From a bacterium (GTDB lineage: Bacteria > Patescibacteriota > Dojkabacteria > JAKAPS01 > JAJZLI01): a stretch of DNA of 64,000 bases. The DNA is taken from the NCBI GenBank assembly GCA_021846685.1, contig JAJZWL010000004.1, positions 7,899-71,898 on the forward strand, given 5' to 3'. Positions 29,124 through 38,499 of the stretch are shown here, piece after piece. The translations under genes were made by a program, and so were the position numbers. The notes beneath the pieces were generated by a model. It saw only the letters and a list, made by a program, of their open reading frames with translations. It was not told the origin of the DNA and made no database searches. Within the stretch, counting starts at the first letter, position 1. Each line of letters begins with the position of its first letter.

Positions 29124-29896
29124 AAAAAAGTTTAAGAAAAGTTATAAAAACTATTTTATCTAAATATTCAAAATTATTAATCCTAAAACATAGAATAAAA
29201 TTTATTACTATTTTTGGAAATTATAATCAAGATGTTGCAGTGGAGGGTATCTACTCAATACTTAAAGATAATGGAGTTAAGACGAGCCGTAATTATGTAG
29301 ATTTTGAAAAAGATATTGATGTTTCTTATTTTATTATAACTGATAAAGAAAATTTTACTTTTTTCGGATTCTTATATCTTTTAATAAAATATCCCATTAC
29401 TCTCTTTTCTAAGAAATATGATGATAAAGTAATAATATTAAATTTATCTACTTTTAATCCAGGAGTTGTTAAATATTATTCTGAATTTATACATTCTGAT
29501 ATCTTTTTACTCTTAGATGTTACTAAAAAATCTGTAATTTATGAAGATCAAATAATGAAAGATTCTCAAAAAGAAGCAATTGTTATAATCGATGGAGATA
29601 CTTCTTCTAGAAAAATGATAACCTTTGATTTTAATAAAAAAATATTAAGTTTTGGTACAAATCCTAGTAATGACATAATGTATAAAACATCTGCTTCAAA
29701 AATAGATATTACGTATAATGAGAACCATATAGAAATTCAGAATAATTTTAAAAATATAGATCCTAGAATACTTATAGCTTGTTTACTTACTAGTATTTCA
29801 TATGGAATTAGTTTTCATAATGCTGTTTCAAGTCTAGAAAAATTTTATATGCCAAATAGAGACTTTCAAAAAGTTTTTGAAAAATTCATGAAATAA
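29120..29896 (+). CDS. Hypothetical protein, possibly a degenerate Mur-ligase-like domain with a lost P-loop
   Basis: 258 aa; 'ITIFGNYNQD' sits where Mur ligases have GTNGKTT; a C-terminal A/S/G-rich helix resembles the Mur ligase middle-domain end; no intact ATP-binding motif. Confidence 0.25.
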   Translation: MKKSLRKVIKTILSKYSKLLILKHRIKFITIFGNYNQDVAVEGIYSILKDNGVKTSRNYVDFEKDIDVSYFIITDKENFTFFGFLYLLIKYPITLFSKKYDDKVIILNLSTFNPGVVKYYSEFIHSDIFLLLDVTKKSVIYEDQIMKDSQKEAIVIIDGDTSSRKMITFDFNKKILSFGTNPSNDIMYKTSASKIDITYNENHIEIQNNFKNIDPRILIACLLTSISYGISFHNAVSSLEKFYMPNRDFQKVFEKFMK

Positions 29897-29921
29897 GTAT
29901 ATTGTAGTATAGTATTAATAT

Positions 29922-31154
29922 ATGAAAAAGATATATCATTATTTGAAATCTAATGTATTGAGAGTGCCATTTATATTTGATAGATATAAATGTAAATTTA
30001 TAGCAGTTACAGGTACTGATGGGAAGACGACTGTATCAACATTATTGTATGATATGATGAAGAATGAAGGATTAAAAGTGGCATGTTTTACTACAATAGG
30101 TATAACTTATCCTGAAGGATTTATAGATACTGGGCTTCATACCACAACATTAGATACTCTTGAATTAAGAAAAAATCTTAAAAAATTTAAAAATTATGAT
30201 TTTGTAATCTTAGAAACAACTTCTCATGCTATTGATCAAAATAGAATTGCTGGATTAAAATTTAGTGCTATTTTATATACTAATATAACAGAAGATCATC
30301 TAGATTATCATAAAACTTGGGATAGATATGCATATGCCAAATCTAAATTAAAAAATTATTTAACTCATTCTGGTTTTGCTGTCATTAATATGGATGATGA
30401 AAAATCATTTAAATACCTAACAAATAGATTTACAAATATAAATTGCTATACATATTCTGTATATAAAAAAAATGCAACAATTAAAGCATTTAATGTGACA
30501 GAAAACAGTTTTGATGTTAAATTGGAAAATAAGACTTACTCTTTTAAAACTAAACTTTTTGGTGAATATAACATACAAAATTCATTACTATGTATATTTA
30601 CTGCATTAAAATTTGATATAAATGAATCTAGTATTCAAAAAAGTTTGCTATATCCTCCTTCAATAGAAGGTAGATTTGATGTTGTATCAAAAAAACCACT
30701 TATTATAGTAGATTTTGCACATACTGCTAATGCAATATATAATATCTTAGAAAATTTATCTGTTCTTAAAAAAAATGGTAAAAATAGATTAATTACAATT
30801 TTTGGTGCACCAGGAGATAGAGATAAATTTAAAAGACCTGATATGGGTAAAAATGCCTCTCTTTTTTCAGATATCATAATTATAACTGAAGATGATCCTC
30901 GTTTTGATAACCCAAAAGATATCTATACAGATATTGTACAGAATATAGATACTAAACTCTTTAAAAAAAATATTAATTTATATCAAATCGACAAGAGGGC
31001 AGATGCAATTAATTTTGCTTTAAAAATAGCACGAAAAAATGATATTATTGCAGTTTTAGGAAAGGGTCATGAAAAATCATTAGCAATCAAGGGAAAAGAA
31101 ATTCCTTGGTCAGATAAAGAATTTATTTTAAAAAAAATAAAAAATGGAAAATAA
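29922..31154 (+). CDS. murE: Mur ligase, MurE-like central + C-terminal domains (no recognisable N-terminal domain)
   Basis: 410 aa; P-loop 'AVTGTDGKTT' at residue ~30; 'GLHTTTLDT', 'ETTSHAIDQNR', 'TNITEDHLDYHKTWDRYAYAKSKL', 'DFAHTANA'. Confidence 0.6.
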   Translation: MKKIYHYLKSNVLRVPFIFDRYKCKFIAVTGTDGKTTVSTLLYDMMKNEGLKVACFTTIGITYPEGFIDTGLHTTTLDTLELRKNLKKFKNYDFVILETTSHAIDQNRIAGLKFSAILYTNITEDHLDYHKTWDRYAYAKSKLKNYLTHSGFAVINMDDEKSFKYLTNRFTNINCYTYSVYKKNATIKAFNVTENSFDVKLENKTYSFKTKLFGEYNIQNSLLCIFTALKFDINESSIQKSLLYPPSIEGRFDVVSKKPLIIVDFAHTANAIYNILENLSVLKKNGKNRLITIFGAPGDRDKFKRPDMGKNASLFSDIIIITEDDPRFDNPKDIYTDIVQNIDTKLFKKNINLYQIDKRADAINFALKIARKNDIIAVLGKGHEKSLAIKGKEIPWSDKEFILKKIKNGK

Positions 31155-32541
31155 AAGAATACATTTTATAGGTATATGCGGAAGTGCTATGGCTCCTATT
31201 GCCGTAGAAATGAAAAATAAAGGATTTAATGTTTCAGGTTCAGATAAAGGATTTTTCCCTCCTATATCTTTATATCTTGAAAAACACAATATGGGGATCC
31301 AACTCGGATATAAAAAAGAGCATATCACAGATGATATTAGTTTTGTTATTTTAGGAAATACTGTAGGAGAAAAGAATCCAGAATTTCTTGAAGCTAAGGA
31401 GAAAAATATACCAATATTGTCATATCCAGAACTTTTAGAACAATATCTTGTAAAAGAAAATTCAATTGTAATTACAGGTGAATATGGAAAGACAACTATA
31501 ACGTCATTTTTAGCTTTTGTATTTTCTAAGTTGAATATAAATCCTTCATATATGTATGGTGGAATATCTTTGAATCTTGATGATAGCGTAAAAATAAATG
31601 ATTCTAATTATTCAATTATTGAAGGAGATGAATATAATGCATCTCCAATAGATAAAAATTCCAAATTTCTATATTATCATCCCAAATATTTAATATTAAC
31701 ATCACTTTTGTGGGATCATGTAGATTTATTCCCAAAAGAATCTGATTATATTGATTCATTTAAAAAACTTATCTTAAAATTGCCAGAAGATGGTATTCTT
31801 TTTATTAATAAAGATGATATCAGTACTAATAAAATCTATCCTATATCTAATAAAAATATAAAAATCATAAATTATTCTGTTAAAGATAAAAGTACAGAAT
31901 ATTATGGTGAAATTGTAGAATATAAAGATGGTGTAATCAAATTTTTGGTTAATAATACCTATAAATTTGAAACACCTCTCTTGGGAGAACATAATATATC
32001 TAATCTTGTTGCAGGAATATCTCTGTGTCTTACACTTGGTATTGAATACAATAATTTATATTCAGTAGTCAAAGAATTTTTAGGAGCAAAAAGAAGATTG
32101 GAAATAAGATATAGATCAGATAAACTAATTGTTATTGATGATTTTGCTCATTCTCCTTATAAAATCAAAGCTTCAATCCAAGCTGTAAAAAAAAGTTTTC
32201 CAAATTCTAATATTATCTCAATTTTCGAACCACATTCTATGAGTTCAAGAGATAAAAAAACAATACAGTGGTATGAAAATATTTTTAATAATTCAGATAA
32301 AGTTATAATTACTGATATATATAAAAAAGAAGCTTTATCAGAAATCACAAGATTAAATAGTGAAGATATAGTTAAAGTAGTAAGAAATAATGTTCAAAAC
32401 ACTATATATACAAAGAATATAGATCTTATTGATTCAATAGAATCATCATTAACAGGGAATGATATAGTTTTATTTATGTCTTCTGGAAGTTTTCAAGGTA
32501 TGTTAGAGAAATATGTAAATAAACTAATTAGTTCTAAATAA
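31144..32541 (+). CDS. murC: UDP-N-acetylmuramate--L-alanine ligase MurC (or Mpl-type murein peptide ligase)
   Basis: 465 aa; 'IHFIGICGSAMAPIAVEMKNKGFNVSGSD' MurC N-terminal Rossmann; 'ITGEYGKTTITS' P-loop. Confidence 0.75.
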   Translation: MENKRIHFIGICGSAMAPIAVEMKNKGFNVSGSDKGFFPPISLYLEKHNMGIQLGYKKEHITDDISFVILGNTVGEKNPEFLEAKEKNIPILSYPELLEQYLVKENSIVITGEYGKTTITSFLAFVFSKLNINPSYMYGGISLNLDDSVKINDSNYSIIEGDEYNASPIDKNSKFLYYHPKYLILTSLLWDHVDLFPKESDYIDSFKKLILKLPEDGILFINKDDISTNKIYPISNKNIKIINYSVKDKSTEYYGEIVEYKDGVIKFLVNNTYKFETPLLGEHNISNLVAGISLCLTLGIEYNNLYSVVKEFLGAKRRLEIRYRSDKLIVIDDFAHSPYKIKASIQAVKKSFPNSNIISIFEPHSMSSRDKKTIQWYENIFNNSDKVIITDIYKKEALSEITRLNSEDIVKVVRNNVQNTIYTKNIDLIDSIESSLTGNDIVLFMSSGSFQGMLEKYVNKLISSK

Positions 32542-32557
32542 GTATTGTATATTAACA

Positions 32558-33454
32558 TTAAAGACTAGATTTAAAATAGGTCATTGTTTTATCAATTCCT
32601 TTTGATATAGAAATTTCAGGAGACCAAGACAATACATTTTTTATATTAGTAATATCATTTACATGTATTTCATATACTGTGTTATTTTTAACTGCATATG
32701 AAATATTTAATTTGAATGCTATATATCTTGCTATATTGATATTTTCGAATCCTTGCCCAGATCCTATATTGATTATCCCTGTATAAAGTGTATCAAATGA
32801 AAGTATTATTGCTCTTATAAAATCAGTAATATATAAATAATCATAAATATTGTTATTTAATATCTCTATATACTTATTTGTATATGCAGATTTTATATAT
32901 GATGAAATTATATCAGAATTTTTCCTATCATATGGTCCATATATACTGGATGCTCTAAAAATAATTATAGGGAACCCAAATTGATTAATATATTTAGTAC
33001 ATACTTTTTCTGCTTCATATTTAGTTTTTAAATAATTATTATTAGTTTGGATATCTGAATGTTCTGTAAAGGGTAGGGGATCTGTATATAATTTATAATC
33101 AGATACATATATAAATTTTTTTAAATTTTCATAATCAATTAATTCTTGTAAAATATACTCTAATCCGGTCACATTAATTTTATAAGCCAAGTCAAAATTA
33201 TCAGATTCAGTTTCATTTAAAGATGCTAGATATATTATATAATCTGGGGCAAATTTTCTAATCTCTGATAATATAGGAAATTTCAAATCTATATATATAG
33301 TTTTTATTCCTAATCCAGAAATCTCTTTATCCATATTGATCAGTTTTCCTATATGATATTCAGTGAATTTAATAATAGAATTTCTCCCTATAAATCCAGA
33401 ACCTCCTATTATTAATATTTTTTTTTCATTTCTATTTTTTGAATTAGTTGACAT
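32558..33454 (-). CDS. NAD-dependent epimerase/dehydratase (extended SDR)
   Basis: 298 aa; N-terminal '[13 protein letters not shown]' Rossmann; '[10 protein letters not shown]' (YxxxK). Confidence 0.65.
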   Translation of the reverse strand: MSTNSKNRNEKKILIIGGSGFIGRNSIIKFTEYHIGKLINMDKEISGLGIKTIYIDLKFPILSEIRKFAPDYIIYLASLNETESDNFDLAYKINVTGLEYILQELIDYENLKKFIYVSDYKLYTDPLPFTEHSDIQTNNNYLKTKYEAEKVCTKYINQFGFPIIIFRASSIYGPYDRKNSDIISSYIKSAYTNKYIEILNNNIYDYLYITDFIRAIILSFDTLYTGIINIGSGQGFENINIARYIAFKLNISYAVKNNTVYEIHVNDITNIKNVLSWSPEISISKGIDKTMTYFKSSL

Positions 33455-33503
33455 TTTTTATTTGCATAGAGATATCTTTTTTGATAATATTACTATTATT
33501 ATT

Positions 33504-34346
33504 ATGGCTAAAAACAAGAAAGAAATAAATAGGGGGAATTTAATCTTTGTTATCATTGTAGTGGTAGTGATTTTGGTAATGGGGGGAATAATATATTTTG
33601 CAAATAACTCTGTTACAACAGTTTCCAATCATACAAAAAAGATAATAAGTTCAGATAATAAGACTGTATCTCAAAGTGTGATAAATAAGTTGGAGAATGT
33701 TTCATTAATTAGTATAAAGAAGTCTTTATCTAGTAAATCTGCTATAAAACCAATTACTCCAGTAACAGGAGAAGCAACTCTTACTAAAAATGGACTACCA
33801 AGGGTATTATATATAGGAGCTGATTTTTGTCCTTTCTGTGCAGCAGAAAGATGGGCATTAGTAGTTGCTTTGTCAAAATTTGGTACATTTACAACTCTTC
33901 ATTATATGACATCTTCCGCAAGTGATGTATATCCTTCTACTCCAACATTTACGTTTTATAAATCTGCATATACATCAAAATATATTTCATTTACACCAGT
34001 AGAGACAGCTACTAATATTCCTTCAGCAGGAGGGTATAAACCGTTAGAGTCTCCCACAAAGAATGAAAATAGTATTTTCAATAAACTAGATGCCCCTCCA
34101 TATGTAACACAGTCATCTGCAGGATCTATACCATTTGTAGATATAGGTAATACAGGATTAATAGTAGGAGCACAATATTCACCTGCAGTGTTAAAAGGTA
34201 TGAATTGGACAAATATAGTTAGTTCAATTTATAGTACAAATGATAATATAGTATCTATAAAGATTCTTTCTTCAGCAGCAAGAGTAATTCAAGATATTTG
34301 TAAACTAACCAATGAAAAACCTCAAAACGTATGTTCTGAAATATAG
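33504..34346 (+). CDS. Membrane-anchored thioredoxin-fold protein with CxxC (DsbA-like/DUF929-like)
   Basis: Start moved to '[11 protein letters not shown]' (the track ORF begins at 33363 and overlaps the convergent epimerase); TM '[20 protein letters not shown]'; '[14 protein letters not shown]' CxxC. Confidence 0.5.
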   Translation: MAKNKKEINRGNLIFVIIVVVVILVMGGIIYFANNSVTTVSNHTKKIISSDNKTVSQSVINKLENVSLISIKKSLSSKSAIKPITPVTGEATLTKNGLPRVLYIGADFCPFCAAERWALVVALSKFGTFTTLHYMTSSASDVYPSTPTFTFYKSAYTSKYISFTPVETATNIPSAGGYKPLESPTKNENSIFNKLDAPPYVTQSSAGSIPFVDIGNTGLIVGAQYSPAVLKGMNWTNIVSSIYSTNDNIVSIKILSSAARVIQDICKLTNEKPQNVCSEI

Positions 34347-34740
34347 CATTCCTATATTTTCAACAATAGCTATAATTATTTGTATATATCTTTTATATGT
34401 ACATTATACTGCTATCATTGTAGCTTGCCCAGATGTTGGTATTATAAATTGTGGTAGAGTATTAACTAGTAATTATTCTGAAATTTTTAATATACCATTA
34501 CCAGTTTTTGGTATAATCTATTTTGTATTCCTTCTTGTATTATCATTTCTAAAAAAAACTGAAAATATTATTTTCATCCTATCTATAATATCCCTTTTTG
34601 TAGTTGCTTTATTAGTATATATAGAATTCGGAATATTACATTCTGTATGTCTTTATTGCAGTACAATACATTTAATAGCTATAATAATCTTTTTTATAAG
34701 TCTGTATAAATATCTCTTTAGAAAAGAATTAAAGCTTTAA
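34312..34740 (+). CDS. VKOR-family (vitamin K epoxide reductase-like) disulfide oxidoreductase
   Basis: 142 aa, 4-TM; loop Cys pair 'CPDVGIINC', '[19 protein letters not shown]', TM CxxC 'CLYC'. Confidence 0.65.
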   Translation: MKNLKTYVLKYSIPIFSTIAIIICIYLLYVHYTAIIVACPDVGIINCGRVLTSNYSEIFNIPLPVFGIIYFVFLLVLSFLKKTENIIFILSIISLFVVALLVYIEFGILHSVCLYCSTIHLIAIIIFFISLYKYLFRKELKL

Positions 34741-34745
34741 TATAG

Positions 34746-35447
34746 TTGATTTATATGAATAAGTTATTCGATATCTCTATTGTCAATTCTATTGTCGATA
34801 AATTTTACAATATTGATGGCAATGCACTGGATTCGAATAAAAATATATATACTCTAGATGAATTATTCGCAAAATTAAATGAAAATGAATGTAATCTTAT
34901 ATATTCTTTTTTATCTATTAATCCTTATGATTATGGATTTAAAGGTAAATTCTTGGGGATATTTCCAGTTCCAAAAAAGCTTGTCATCATAAAAGATCAA
35001 AAATATATAATAGATGGGGAAGAAATGCAAATTGTACCCCAATATTGTCCAAAAGAGGTTTATATTCATTTCGTTAAAATGATTGATGAAATGGATAAAG
35101 ATATAGGAAAAACATTACTGGTAGATTCTTGTTATAGGTCCCCTGCTAGTCAGATATTAACATTCTTATTTTTTTTGAAGTATCATGATTTCGATTTTAC
35201 TCATACTATTTCGTTAGTAGCATTTCCTGGATATAGTGAACATGGAGATCCTGTGCATCAGGCAATAGATGTAATAACTACTGAAGGTTTACCTAAGAGA
35301 GAAAATCCACAAGATTTTGAAAATACAATTGAATATAAGTGGTTAATGAATCATGCTAACAAATTTAATTTTTATTTATCTTATCCTAAAAATAATAAAG
35401 AGGGTATAGCTTTTGAACCTTGGCATTGGAAATATGTTATAAAGTAA
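34746..35447 (+). CDS. VanY-like D-alanyl-D-alanine carboxypeptidase (peptidase M15)
   Basis: 233 aa; 'SEHGDPVHQAIDV' and C-terminal 'FEPWHWKYV' (M15 zinc-binding EPWHW). Confidence 0.7.
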   Translation: MIYMNKLFDISIVNSIVDKFYNIDGNALDSNKNIYTLDELFAKLNENECNLIYSFLSINPYDYGFKGKFLGIFPVPKKLVIIKDQKYIIDGEEMQIVPQYCPKEVYIHFVKMIDEMDKDIGKTLLVDSCYRSPASQILTFLFFLKYHDFDFTHTISLVAFPGYSEHGDPVHQAIDVITTEGLPKRENPQDFENTIEYKWLMNHANKFNFYLSYPKNNKEGIAFEPWHWKYVIK

Positions 35448-35453
35448 AATTTT

Positions 35454-36776
35454 TTATTTATACATTCCTTGAGATCTTAATTTTCTATGAAATGTGATAG
35501 CAAATCGATGAGATTCATCCCTAATTCTTCTTATCAAAAGATGTGATTTTTCTCTATATCCTATTAATATAGGTTCTTTTTCTCCATATTTAAATATAGC
35601 TTCCTTTTTTTTGGCAAGTCCAACAATAGGAATATCAGAGTGAAGAGTTTTTAATACTTTTTCTGCTGCATTAAGCTGGGTTTTCCCTCCATCTACAATT
35701 ATTAAATCTGGTATTTCAGAAAAACTTTTATCATTATCTGAATGAGTAAGCCTTCGTTGTAATGTTTCTGCTATCATCAATGGATCATTTGGTGTCTCTT
35801 GGCTTCTTATTTTAAATTTTCTGTAATAAGATGTATCCATATCTCCTTGTCTAAAAACAACCATAGAGGAAACAGGATATTTCCCTTGGATATTAGATAT
35901 ATCATAGCATTCAACTCTCCCTGTGTTATATTTAATTCCTAAGATATTAAATAATTCTTTTAATGATTTAGTGTTATCTATCTTCTTGTTTTTTTTAAAA
36001 ATATTTTCATCATCTCCAAAATCAACTTTAATATTTTGGGTCACATAATTTATTTGATCAATTTTCTTTTTTAACTCTCCTGCTTTTTCAAAATTTTCTT
36101 TTTTACTTTCCAAATACATTTCTTTTTCTATTTTTTTTATCATGGAATGTTTATTCCCAGATAAGAAAATCTTTATATTATTAATATTTTTCATATATTG
36201 TTTTTTATCGATAAGGCTATCACATGGGCCTGTGCATAAATTTATATCATAAAAAATACATAATCTTGATTTAGTAATATTCTGATTTTCATAAATTTTA
36301 AGGTTACAAGTTCTATATGGGAAAATCTTTCTTAAATTAGATAATAGAGCTAGTATGGTTTTTCCAGAAGGATATGGCCCATAATAAATTCCTCCATCAT
36401 TAATCTTTTCTCTGACCCTTTCTATTTTTGGGAATATATCATTTGTGATCTTTATCCAAGCATATCGTTTATCATCCTTGAGTAAAATATTGTATTTTGG
36501 TTTGTATTTTTTTATTAAATTACTTTCTAAGATTAATGCTTCTACTTCATTTGAAGTCTCTATATATGATAAATATATGGCATTAGATATTAATTTATAT
36601 GTTTTTAAATTTAAATCTTTTTTATTTAAAAAATATTGTGAAACTCTTTTTCTTATTATTTTCGCCTTTCCTATATATATTATTTTTTTATTAATATCTT
36701 TATACAGGTAACATCCAGGAGAAAATGGTAAACTTTTTAAAAAATCATTATCTAGGATTTTAATATCATCACTCAT
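35454..36776 (-). CDS. uvrC: UvrC-like excinuclease (GIY-YIG + UvrC RNase-H-like endonuclease, short form without C-terminal HhH)
   Basis: 440 aa; N-terminal GIY-YIG 'GCYLYKDINKKIIYIGKAKIIRKRVSQYF'; C-terminal 'IVDGGKTQLNAAEKVL...IPIVGLAKK'. Confidence 0.7.
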   Translation of the reverse strand: MSDDIKILDNDFLKSLPFSPGCYLYKDINKKIIYIGKAKIIRKRVSQYFLNKKDLNLKTYKLISNAIYLSYIETSNEVEALILESNLIKKYKPKYNILLKDDKRYAWIKITNDIFPKIERVREKINDGGIYYGPYPSGKTILALLSNLRKIFPYRTCNLKIYENQNITKSRLCIFYDINLCTGPCDSLIDKKQYMKNINNIKIFLSGNKHSMIKKIEKEMYLESKKENFEKAGELKKKIDQINYVTQNIKVDFGDDENIFKKNKKIDNTKSLKELFNILGIKYNTGRVECYDISNIQGKYPVSSMVVFRQGDMDTSYYRKFKIRSQETPNDPLMIAETLQRRLTHSDNDKSFSEIPDLIIVDGGKTQLNAAEKVLKTLHSDIPIVGLAKKKEAIFKYGEKEPILIGYREKSHLLIRRIRDESHRFAITFHRKLRSQGMYK

Positions 36777-38247
36777 GATTCTTGAAATTTAGAACGGTAG
36801 TTTTTATTCTAGTTAAAGAATCTATTAAATATTTTGCTCCCTGTATATTCCCGATTCCTGAACTTTTAGTTCCATTAAAAGGAAAATTATCTGGACCTCG
36901 AGAGTCCTTTCCATTAATTTGAACATTTCCAACATCTAATTGAGATGCTATATAAAATGCATCATCTATATTTTTCGTAAAAATACTTGATTGAAGCCCA
37001 TATTCAGATTTATTTGCAATTGTGATTGCCTCATTGATATTATTTACCCTTATTATAGGTAGTATCGGAGAAAAAGGCTCTTCCCATGCTAGTCTCATAT
37101 CTTCTGTAATATGATCTAATACAATAGGGTAAATATATCTCCCGTTATCTTCTCCAGATACAACTAATTGAGCTCCCTTTTTTAAAGCATCTTCCTTTAA
37201 TGTGTGGAGATAATTAACAGTAATATCATTGATAACAGGACCAATTGTATTTTCTTTATTTCTAGGATCTCCTAGTATGAATTTCTTTTTAATTACTTCT
37301 TTCAATTTATCTATGAACTCATCTGCAATCGTATTGTCTATCAAGACTCTTTTAATAGCAGTACATCTTTGTCCTGAAAAAGAAAATGCCCCAATAGCTA
37401 TTTGTTCTGCCGCAAGATTTAAGTCTGCATCGGGTAAAACAATAGATGCATCTTTACCTCCTAGCCCTAGTAGTATTGTAGGTAGTACAGTATTTCTTTG
37501 AGATAAAACCTTTTGTATATGGACTGCAGTTTTTGTACTTCCTGTGAAATTTAAAGCATTAATCTTTTTTGATTGTAGTAGATAGTCTCCAGCTATATCA
37601 TTATCTCCTGATACTATATTTAAGACTCCATTATCAAGACCTGCCTTTCTAAAGATTTCTCCTATTACCATACATGTTATTCCTCCTTGATTAGGAGCTT
37701 TTAGTATTGTTGTATTCCCAGTTACAATAGCGCCAATAATTTTAGGAATTGTTTCATTTAAAGGATAATTAAAAGGTGGGATAGAAACAACTATTCCTAA
37801 TGGAACTTTTTGTGTAATAGCCATTTTTTCTTTTCCAAAACCTGGAAATGATTCTGAGTAGAGGACTTCTCCTAATATTCTTTGTGCTTCTGTTGCGTAA
37901 AAAGTAATTATATCTGCAGTTCTAACAACTTCATCAGAAGCTTCTTTATAAGATTTCCCGACTTCTTCTGTAATGAGTAATGTAAGATCCTCTTTTTCTT
38001 CTTTTATAATATCAGAAACCTTATATAATATATTTACCCTATAATTTTTTGAAGTGTCTCTCCACTTCAAAAAAGCATTATATGAAGATTCTATACACTC
38101 ATCAATTTGTTTAGTATTCATTAGAGGAAGTTTTCCTACTAAAGAATCATCTATAGGAGAAAAAACTTCTTTGTAATTCTCTGTGTATACCCAAGTATTA
38201 TCTACTAGATATCCATATTTTTTGTTTTTAATAAATTCTTTAATCAT
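36769..38247 (-). CDS. NAD(P)+-dependent aldehyde dehydrogenase
   Basis: 492 aa; 'NFTGSTKTA', catalytic Cys 'GQRCTAIKR', 'EEPFSPILPI'. Confidence 0.85.
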   Translation of the reverse strand: MIKEFIKNKKYGYLVDNTWVYTENYKEVFSPIDDSLVGKLPLMNTKQIDECIESSYNAFLKWRDTSKNYRVNILYKVSDIIKEEKEDLTLLITEEVGKSYKEASDEVVRTADIITFYATEAQRILGEVLYSESFPGFGKEKMAITQKVPLGIVVSIPPFNYPLNETIPKIIGAIVTGNTTILKAPNQGGITCMVIGEIFRKAGLDNGVLNIVSGDNDIAGDYLLQSKKINALNFTGSTKTAVHIQKVLSQRNTVLPTILLGLGGKDASIVLPDADLNLAAEQIAIGAFSFSGQRCTAIKRVLIDNTIADEFIDKLKEVIKKKFILGDPRNKENTIGPVINDITVNYLHTLKEDALKKGAQLVVSGEDNGRYIYPIVLDHITEDMRLAWEEPFSPILPIIRVNNINEAITIANKSEYGLQSSIFTKNIDDAFYIASQLDVGNVQINGKDSRGPDNFPFNGTKSSGIGNIQGAKYLIDSLTRIKTTVLNFKNHE

Positions 38248-38499
38248 GTCTCTGTAGTCATTTTGTAAATTTAATTTTTATATTTTAATATATTATACCT
38301 TTTTTTAATTTTTATGTATTGTATCTAATAAATCACTTAATGTCATATATAATACAAGATTTTTATTTAAATACATTTAATATTTTAATATAACTATATG
38401 CCTATATGAAGTAGATTATTATTAGGTTAAATTAATCAACTTGCTTTTTCTATAGGATTGTGTTAGGATGTCGTTAATTAGTTTTATAAGTAAATCAAA

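Noticed and set aside
29120-29896. Calling the 258-aa ORF murF or murD to complete the Mur ligase set
   Set aside because: It has no intact P-loop or other Mur catalytic motifs, and only a vague positional resemblance (IFGNYNQD). It is too short for a Mur ligase.
33363-33503. N-terminal extension of the Trx-like ORF from 33363
   Set aside because: It overlaps the 5' end of the convergent epimerase gene and is low-complexity. A clean ATG (MAKNKK) at 33504 precedes the TM anchor.
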